IMG/VR virus record: IMGVR_UViG_3300038393_001238
Span: 1-29,835 of that record
Source: a virus
Taxonomy: Duplodnaviria; Caudoviricetes
DNA: 29,835 bases
Reading direction: 5' to 3' (one strand)
Part shown: positions 24,232 through 29,835 of the stretch, piece by piece
Layout: every line of letters starts with the position of its first letter
Position numbering within the stretch: the stretch's first letter is position 1
Made by a program: the position numbers and the translations under genes
Notes under the pieces: generated by a model
Seen by the model: the letters and a program-made list of their open reading frames with translations, nothing else
Told to the model about the DNA's origin: nothing
Database searches by the model: none

Positions 24232-25523
24232 CAAACCACTCCGAAGTTCTGGATCTTGAGGCGATCCACGGTCTTGGTGACCGGGCGGCTAAGCGCCCCG
24301 TAGCGGAAGGCGTCGGCCGCATGGCTCGCCCAGTCGTGCAGCGGGCGCTCACGCCAGACCTGGCGCTTGCCGTCCCATTCCCGGCGGTATTGCTTCAGCG
24401 CCTCGATGCCGCGCTCACAGCGCTCCGCATCGAACCAGCACTTGGACAGCATCAGGCGGACAGCGTTGATGCCGTCCACGACCTCCTGCTGCGGAACGAT
24501 CTCCACATTGCGGACACCGAGCGCCGCCAGCGTCTCGACGCGGGAGACACCCGTCCCCAGTTCCCGCGCCGCAGCGTCATGCGGCAGGATGTGGCGTCCG
24601 TACCGGTAGTCCTTGGCGTCCAGGCGCTTGGCGATGGCCGGGAGACCCTCGCCGCTCACCTCCAGGTAATCGATGATGCGGCGCTCGGACGCGACGTCCT
24701 GGACGAACCAGATGGCCGTGGCATCGTCGATGCCCAGGTCCCACCACGTATCGACCTTGACCGTGGGCTCGATGGGCAGGCGGCAGATGCGTTTCTCAGC
24801 CTCGGCCTTCGCCATCTCCTTGGCGTAGTAGGCCCCCTCGATCGATGCCTCGAAGTCGCACTCGTATTCCCGCGAGTAGGCGCTTTCGTCCATGCTCGCC
24901 CTCGCGTCGGCCAGGTCGGCGTCGCTCAGCAGCCCTGTCTCGCTCGCCTTCAGAATCCACGTCTCCCAGTCGGGGTCGTGCCGAAGGCCGCGGTTGCGCA
25001 GGTTGTAGAACTCGTTCTTGCCGCGTGGCGTGCCGGCGAACGCGGCCCAGCCCTTGCGGTCGGAAAGCGCGGGGCGAATGACCTCGGTCCAGACGGACGG
25101 GTCCATGTCCCCGAACTCGTCGAGAATCGCCCCATCGTGGTAGAGGCCGCGCAGGGCGTTCGGGTTGTCCGCGCCGAACAGCCTGACACGCCCCCCGTTG
25201 GGCAAGTCCGCCCGCAGTTCGGCCTCGTTGAACGTCGTCCCAGGAATCGCCCCGGCGTAGTGCTTCAGGTAGTCCCAGGCGATGGCCTTCGACTGATTGA
25301 GGAACGGCGCGATGTACGAGAACCGCGGACTCGGAAGCGGACAGGTCAGCGCGCCCTTGATGCACTCGTTGATCAGCGCCACGGTCTTGCCGGCCCGGCG
25401 GTGCGCCACGTTGACCCGCCACCTGGCGCGGCTCTCGTGGAACGGAAGCCAAACCGAGCGGGGCCGATACGGGACTACGATCTCGACGGATCGGGCGTGG
25501 CTTCCGAATCCGTCTGCGCCCAT
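24231..25523 (-). CDS. terL: Terminase large subunit
   Basis: Walker A AHRRAGKT, Walker B ILDEFG, GTPRG coupling motif, nuclease WDLG and HDWASHAADAFRY. Confidence 0.97.
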   Translation of the reverse strand: MGADGFGSHARSVEIVVPYRPRSVWLPFHESRARWRVNVAHRRAGKTVALINECIKGALTCPLPSPRFSYIAPFLNQSKAIAWDYLKHYAGAIPGTTFNEAELRADLPNGGRVRLFGADNPNALRGLYHDGAILDEFGDMDPSVWTEVIRPALSDRKGWAAFAGTPRGKNEFYNLRNRGLRHDPDWETWILKASETGLLSDADLADARASMDESAYSREYECDFEASIEGAYYAKEMAKAEAEKRICRLPIEPTVKVDTWWDLGIDDATAIWFVQDVASERRIIDYLEVSGEGLPAIAKRLDAKDYRYGRHILPHDAAARELGTGVSRVETLAALGVRNVEIVPQQEVVDGINAVRLMLSKCWFDAERCERGIEALKQYRREWDGKRQVWRERPLHDWASHAADAFRYGALSRPVTKTVDRLKIQNFGVV

Positions 25524-25780
25524 CGGATCACCTGCTCGAAAGCCTTGTCGTCCTTGTTCCCCACATCGACAGTCGAAAGCCTGGGGTGGACGTAGGGCGC
25601 CGCGGCCTTGGCGGCATCGATGCGGACGTTCTGCTCTGCGTTGGCGTCACGAAGGATGCTGAGCAGGTAGTCCAGAGGGGTCAGGCCGCTCTCAATCGCC
25701 GCGTTGGCGATCTCTCGCGTCTTGACTGTGGCCGCCCCTTTCGGCCGTCCCGCGCCAGGCCTTACGCCGCCGCGAGCCAC
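25475..25780 (-). CDS. terS: Putative terminase small subunit
   Basis: RGG.RPGAGRPKG, TPLDYLL..LRD, RIDAAKAAAPYVHPRL. Overlaps the terL start. Confidence 0.75.
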   Translation of the reverse strand: MARGGVRPGAGRPKGAATVKTREIANAAIESGLTPLDYLLSILRDANAEQNVRIDAAKAAAPYVHPRLSTVDVGNKDDKAFEQVIRWAQTDSEATPDPSRS

Positions 25781-25815
25781 GTTTGATTTCCGCTGATAGT
25801 TTTCAAACGTGGCTC
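25774..25815. repeat. Perfect 13-bp inverted repeat covering the terS start codon
   Basis: GAGCCACGTTTGA (25774-25786) / TCAAACGTGGCTC (25803-25815), 16-nt loop. Confidence 0.85.
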
Positions 25816-25820
25816 TTCGG

Positions 25821-26339
25821 CTAGTAGATGTCGGCGATCGGGCCGAGATCGGCCGTAAAGGTCGAGGTCGTGATGGCCGTCGGCGTCCCGTAGGTCTCGC
25901 CCGTCTTCTTGCCGGCGATGAAGTTGCCGATCGGATGCGAGCGGAAGCGGGCGCCGGTGTTGTTGCACTGGATGCCGATAAAGTAGCGGGCGGGGCCAGG
26001 CAGCTGGACTGTCGCGGAGAACGCGAACGCCTGATAGGCCGCCGTACCGCTTTGGGCCGTGCTGGCGCTCTGGATGATGGGCGCGCCGTTGGCGTCGTAG
26101 AGGATCGCGGTGATGTTCCCGGCTACGGCCGAGCCGTTCAGCAGCTTCACGCCGGTGGCGAGGAAGTTGTGATCCACGTACACCTCTGCGATGTACGTCT
26201 CGGTCACGACGGGCGTGGTGTCGGTTCCCGTGGTCGTGGCGACCGGAGCTGCGCGACCGGAGTGGAAGACGCTCGATCCGAGCTTGGTCGGCAGGGCCGG
26301 GTTGATACCGCCCTTGTTGACTTGTCCAGCGGTTGCCAT
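25821..26339 (-). CDS. Thr/Ala/Gly-rich beta protein, probable virion decoration; first late gene
   Basis: AAGGAG SD, strongly GC3-biased codons, AILYDANG..VQLPG..RYFIG beta pattern. Confidence 0.8.
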   Translation of the reverse strand: MATAGQVNKGGINPALPTKLGSSVFHSGRAAPVATTTGTDTTPVVTETYIAEVYVDHNFLATGVKLLNGSAVAGNITAILYDANGAPIIQSASTAQSGTAAYQAFAFSATVQLPGPARYFIGIQCNNTGARFRSHPIGNFIAGKKTGETYGTPTAITTSTFTADLGPIADIY

Positions 26340-26592
26340 GGGTCAGGGCTCCTTTGGCCGAAACTGACGGGTGTTGGTTTGCAGGAAAGCCCGGAGCCGA
26401 CACAGCGGTAAGCGTCGCCTGTTGGCGCGGTGTGTGTTGTTGTTCGGTCGGGCTTGGGGTTCGCGCGGTTCAGGGTTTGGCCCCTGACTTGGCCCAATAT
26501 GCCGCAAAGGGTCCGCGCGATGCCGGATCGGCGCTTGCTACACTACGCCGAGAATTTCATTTCGGTAGTCTTGGCGCATCATGTGGTGTTCG
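26340..26592 (-). promoter_or_regulatory. Late promoter/structured leader region
   Basis: The only long non-coding gap. Lies between the Q-position gene and the late operon and holds several nested inverted repeats. Confidence 0.6.
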
Positions 26593-27366
26593 TCAAGCCC
26601 TCCGACGCAAGATCGTGACTTCGAACGGATGGCCGTGTTCCGAGCGCGGTTGGATCTCCTCGCCCTCCTCGGTCTCATAGCGCACGCCAGCTTCAGCACG
26701 ACCGTAGCGGCTGGAGACGAACGGAACCGGCGTGATCGTACCGATGTCCCTACGGGGGGTCCTGCGGGCCTTGCCGATCGCCTCCAGGCCGGTGAGCAGG
26801 GCAAGCTGCTTGCGCTTGTCCTGCGAGCCCAGCGCATGGTCGTTGGCGCGCTTCGGCATCCAGAAGGGCCATGAGCCCAGGACGCAGACCATGAACAGTT
26901 CCTCGCGCTCCCTGGACGTGAGGGCGGCGTTCATCAGGCGCCAGGCGGCCAGCGCTGCGGCTTCGGCGCGTTCGCGGTCCAGATCCTCCGGCCGGACGTT
27001 GAACACCTTGTCGAAGATCGCGACGATCTCCGCATCGCCCATGGTGGACCACGAGACCTTCAGGCTTTCCGAGGGCTCGACTTCGGCCAGCTTACTGAGC
27101 GCGAGCTGCGGCCCACACCCAGACGGCCCGTGCGCTCGGTTGAAGGTGGCGCGATAGGCCATGGCGTCGCGGTGCTGGCGCTCGCTCACCCAACCCTTCG
27201 AAAGGGCAAAGTCCAGCGGGTGTTCGCCGGCCGACGCATCCCCGATCGCACGCTTGGCGATGGTCGCCTCGTTGATGGTCTGCGGCTTCAGCTTGCCGGA
27301 CGGGTAGCGCTCCCCCTTCTTCCGCGGACGGCCAGCCTTGCTCGAACCCTTGCGCTTGCGGGCCAT
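26593..27366 (-). CDS. Late-gene regulator at Q position (DUF6456/GafZ-like)
   Basis: Basic GRPRKKGERYPSGKL start, EHPLDF..KGWVSERQH..A..Y motif, C-terminal helical domain. Last early gene before the leader. Confidence 0.6.
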   Translation of the reverse strand: MARKRKGSSKAGRPRKKGERYPSGKLKPQTINEATIAKRAIGDASAGEHPLDFALSKGWVSERQHRDAMAYRATFNRAHGPSGCGPQLALSKLAEVEPSESLKVSWSTMGDAEIVAIFDKVFNVRPEDLDRERAEAAALAAWRLMNAALTSREREELFMVCVLGSWPFWMPKRANDHALGSQDKRKQLALLTGLEAIGKARRTPRRDIGTITPVPFVSSRYGRAEAGVRYETEEGEEIQPRSEHGHPFEVTILRRRA

Positions 27367-27629
27367 TACGCCGCCCTTTCCGTGGTGAAGTCTTGCGCCT
27401 GGGCGTCAGCGTCCATGGCTTGGCGGGTGACATTCGGCGCGGTCTGCTCCAGCTGGGCCATGGCTCTGCAGATGGCAGGCCAGCGGACCAGAGCCCTGCG
27501 CAGGCTGTCGGCGCGGGTCGGCCGGTCGAGGCTCGGGCTGCTGGCGGCAAGCAGTTCCAGGTCGAAGCCGGTGAGGAGAAGCGCGACCTTGTGGGCCGCT
27601 TCGCCCATGGAGTCGGGTGCATGGGTCAT
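27366..27629 (-). CDS. Hypothetical protein
   Basis: ATGA overlap with the rep gene and TAATG overlap with the next gene. Confidence 0.75.
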   Translation of the reverse strand: MTHAPDSMGEAAHKVALLLTGFDLELLAASSPSLDRPTRADSLRRALVRWPAICRAMAQLEQTAPNVTRQAMDADAQAQDFTTERAA

Positions 27630-28300
27630 GCGGCGCGCTCCAGCACGGAAAGCCCGAGGGCCGCCAAGACGGACCTGGCGTCTCGGATGATCTTCGTTCC
27701 GGCATAGCGGGTGGCCGGGATCAAGGCCCGCTCGGGCACGTCCTGCCAGCCGCATGGATCGAGATACGAGCCGACCCAATCGGGGCCGAACTTGGCTAGG
27801 AAGGCGTCGCGAACTTCTTTTGGTCCCAAAAAATCATTCTTCGCTTCGGAAAGGGTAGAAGGCCTATTGGGGCCTTCTACCTTTCCTCTGCTCTCTGGCC
27901 TCTGAGTGGTAGGGGGGCTTGCACCTACCCTTGAAGGTGACGCTTTTTTCTTCGCTTTCTCAAGGGCTTCCAGTTTCGCCTTCCGACCCTCTATGGACCT
28001 CTTATCATCGTCGAGCATGCGCTTAGAGTAGATGACGCCTCCCCGCGTCTTGCGGGCCACGCGAGCATCGAGGAGTTCGACAAGCAAGGCTTGGACCTCC
28101 TCTTCGCTGGAGCCGACAAGACGGGCGAGGTCGGCACCGCTCACAGGCCGAGCGCCGATGATAAGGTGGCCGTAGGGTGTCGCTTCGTACATGATGGTGA
28201 TCATGTCGATCCAAAGCCCGCGAGCGGTCAGGCTGACCTTGCGCAGGGCTTGGTCGCCGCGCCAGTCGCGGGGGTAGAACTTCATCCAGGGCTTACTCAT
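27626..28300 (-). CDS. Phage replication initiator (O-like, YdaU/DUF1376-related N-terminus)
   Basis: PWMKFYPRDWRGD..LR..SL.ARGLWIDM...M, GVIYSKRM. AT-richer internal linker. Confidence 0.85.
   Translation of the reverse strand: MSKPWMKFYPRDWRGDQALRKVSLTARGLWIDMITIMYEATPYGHLIIGARPVSGADLARLVGSSEEEVQALLVELLDARVARKTRGGVIYSKRMLDDDKRSIEGRKAKLEALEKAKKKASPSRVGASPPTTQRPESRGKVEGPNRPSTLSEAKNDFLGPKEVRDAFLAKFGPDWVGSYLDPCGWQDVPERALIPATRYAGTKIIRDARSVLAALGLSVLERAA
27848..27886. repeat. Inverted repeat within rep gene, candidate origin element
   Basis: GGAAAGGGTAGAAGGCC-tattgg-GGCCTTCTACCTTTCC next to AT-rich CCAAAAAATCATT. Confidence 0.65.
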
Positions 28301-28826
28301 CGTCGCCCCGCGCCTGCGCGGCGATGCGCCGGTCATGGCGCTCGACAGCCTTGATGATGGTGGAATGGTCCCTACCACTCAGGAAGCGGCCGATCTGGCT
28401 GTAGCCATAGCCAATGGCCTTCAGGCGCCAGCAGGCCTGGTCTCGGGCCATGCTGTGGTGGCGACCTGGCGAGCCGCCGACGATGTCGTTGATGGACAGC
28501 CCGTAGAGCCCGGCGACGGAGCGCACGATGGCCTTGGCGCGATCGGTCAGCGGGAGCGCTCGTTGGCGCCGGCTCCTCTGCGCCAACTTCGGGACATAAG
28601 GATCGTTCGTCTCGATGATCGGGATGACCTCAGGGGCCTTGCGCACGGGCGGCACGTAGCAATAGGGCTTGATGTCGCTTTCGGGCCGGTTGAGCATTCG
28701 CGCGATGTTCGACGCGCTGACGCCGGACTTGGACCGGTTGCGGATGAAATCCACCTCGTAGGAGTCGAGGCCGCGGCGCGCCGTCGCGAAGTCGCCCGAC
28801 CGCGACACGAAGATCATTTCGCTCAT
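28293..28826 (-). CDS. HTH protein with DnaA domain IV-like C-terminus
   Basis: VAGLYGLSINDI...AR..A.W...YSQIGRFLSGRDHSTII. No AAA+ domain. Confidence 0.85.
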   Translation of the reverse strand: MSEMIFVSRSGDFATARRGLDSYEVDFIRNRSKSGVSASNIARMLNRPESDIKPYCYVPPVRKAPEVIPIIETNDPYVPKLAQRSRRQRALPLTDRAKAIVRSVAGLYGLSINDIVGGSPGRHHSMARDQACWRLKAIGYGYSQIGRFLSGRDHSTIIKAVERHDRRIAAQARGDDE

Positions 28827-29171
28827 TCAGGCCCCCAGGATCCGGAACTCGACGTGACCGGGCTTCGCCGGAGAGGCGAACTCGTATGACGGCAGGAACC
28901 GGGCGTCGTTCACGCCCAGAGCGTCGGCCACGCCGTCGAAGTACGGCTTCAGCCGGTTCGGGAAATTCGTCCGGTCGCCGCGCCGGTCAGGGGGCACGAA
29001 CCGCACGTGGATACGGATATCGCCCTCGGCTGGGATGCTCGTTGCGGCGGCCTTGGTCGCCAAGCGAGCCCATTCCCGATGCTTTGCGGTCGGGCCGCTC
29101 TTACTGCGCCAGTGACCCTTGGCGTGGCCGGACAAACTGGCGGGCGGGAATGGCAGGGTGATGCTGCTCAT
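28827..29171 (-). CDS. rusA: RusA-family Holliday junction resolvase
   Basis: ITLPFPP..LS, FVPPDRRGDRTN...LKPYFDGVADALGVNDARF. Confidence 0.85.
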   Translation of the reverse strand: MSSITLPFPPASLSGHAKGHWRSKSGPTAKHREWARLATKAAATSIPAEGDIRIHVRFVPPDRRGDRTNFPNRLKPYFDGVADALGVNDARFLPSYEFASPAKPGHVEFRILGA

Positions 29172-29344
29172 GCCCCGAGCCTCAGGGCGCGGTTGGTGGC
29201 CTCCACTGCGGCCTTGTGGGCCTCGTGCTGGCGTCGGGTGTCCTTGGCGCGGATGGCCTGGCGCAGGGCCGCGATGGCCTCATGGCGGTGCTTGGCGGCC
29301 TTGATCCGGTTGCGGATCGCCCAGCGATGAATAGCGCGGATCAT
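29168..29344 (-). CDS. 58-aa basic helical hypothetical protein (not in ORF track)
   Basis: GGGGGAGG SD, ATGA overlap with rusA. MIRAIHRWAIRNRIKAAKHRHEAIAALRQAIRAKDTRRQHEAHKAAVEATNRALRLGA. Confidence 0.75.
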   Translation of the reverse strand: MIRAIHRWAIRNRIKAAKHRHEAIAALRQAIRAKDTRRQHEAHKAAVEATNRALRLGA

Positions 29345-29430
29345 GCGCTCGCCTCCCCCAGATTGAACCCCCGACCCATTGCGGCTGGGTCGGATGCCGT
29401 CGTCATGGCCGCCAGAGCTTCTTGATCGTC

Positions 29431-29835
29431 TCAGCAGCCCACTCGGCCGCCGGAAGCGTTCCGGCCGTCATGAGGAACCCCAGAAGGGCCGGCGGCGCCG
29501 TCACCATCCACAGCAGAGCCAGGGCGACCGTCGCCAAACAGCGCAGCAATCCGCCTCCCGTGATCCGCATGGGATTTCCTCATCTCGATGAAATGTTGAT
29601 CGACGTGATGCCCGATAACTTCGCCCAAAATGGGCAATGCAACCGACCATCCGCCTGTTTTTATGATACCCTCCAGGGTCGTAAGTGAGGCGTTGCCAGC
29701 AACGGCCTCCCTCGCTCTGGGCAACGACAGGTCAAACGCCTTCGCCGCATGCTTGGCCGTATTGCTCGGCCAGCGACGCCGCAGGTAATCGGCCGTCGCG
29801 TCTCTCAAAGCCTTGTCAAGCGGAAGTTTGCCGGA
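29431..29835 (-). CDS. CII-position regulatory protein (5' partial)
   Basis: The frame is open to the window edge. HTH-like TAKHAAKAFDLSLPRAREAVAG. Lies upstream of the replication genes. Confidence 0.6.
   Translation of the reverse strand, partial: SGKLPLDKALRDATADYLRRRWPSNTAKHAAKAFDLSLPRAREAVAGNASLTTLEGIIKTGGWSVALPILGEVIGHHVDQHFIEMRKSHADHGRRIAALFGDGRPGSAVDGDGAAGPSGVPHDGRNASGGRVGC

Larger units (their letters stand above)
1..29835. mobile_element. Tailed phage/prophage segment (podovirus-like, alphaproteobacterial host likely); ends not visible
   Basis: Colinear replication, terminase, portal, scaffold, capsid, tail, ejection and lysis genes with overlapping stop/start codons. No tape-measure or sheath gene and no host housekeeping genes. 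Confidence 0.97.

Noticed and set aside
9147-25595. Long plus-strand ORFs (e.g. 9147-10499, 19405-20565, 23006-23992, 24321-25595)
   Set aside because: These are antisense shadows of high-GC3 genes with no motifs or start signals.
28293-28826. Host dnaA gene
   Set aside because: Only domain IV-like sequence is present, with no AAA+ domain, in phage context.
29341-29407. 21-codon ORF MTTASDPAAMGRGFNLGEASA
   Set aside because: Too short and without an SD. It may only provide coupling to the next gene.
1-29835. CRISPR array, tRNA, DGR/retron, IS element, recognisable defence or anti-defence genes
   Set aside because: No spaced direct repeats, cloverleaf, reverse transcriptase or transposase motifs were seen by eye. 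The small unknown ORFs cannot be assigned without searches.

Overview
The whole window is one high-GC tailed-phage or prophage segment, most likely a podovirus-like phage of an alphaproteobacterial host (Caulobacterales is a guess). A long minus-strand unit runs from the right end to about 2.3 kb. It begins with a CII-position gene, RusA-like resolvase, DnaA-domain-IV HTH protein, replication initiator and a Q-position (DUF6456/GafZ-like) regulator, followed by a structured leader. Head genes follow: TerS, TerL, an RcGTA-type head-spike base, portal, scaffold and major capsid. Then come adaptor, tail and nozzle genes, three ejection proteins, a large SGNH/lectin fibre, a beta-helix protein and a lysis cassette (holin-like protein, GH24 endolysin with membrane tail, nested spanins). 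Small plus-strand early genes converge on it from the left, and no integrase is visible. Three features stand out. (1) Four plus-strand genes (two HNH endonucleases, two mini-genes) are inserted antisense in the late operon, all with the same leaderless extended -10 geometry, head-to-head with a late-gene start. (2) Both HNH genes abut a strongly recoded 5' end of their neighbour, and the endolysin's apparent old 5' end is stranded on the far side of its HNH. (3) A GTA-type head-spike base may partner an esterase-lectin fibre. All family calls come from motif recognition by eye, with no database search.
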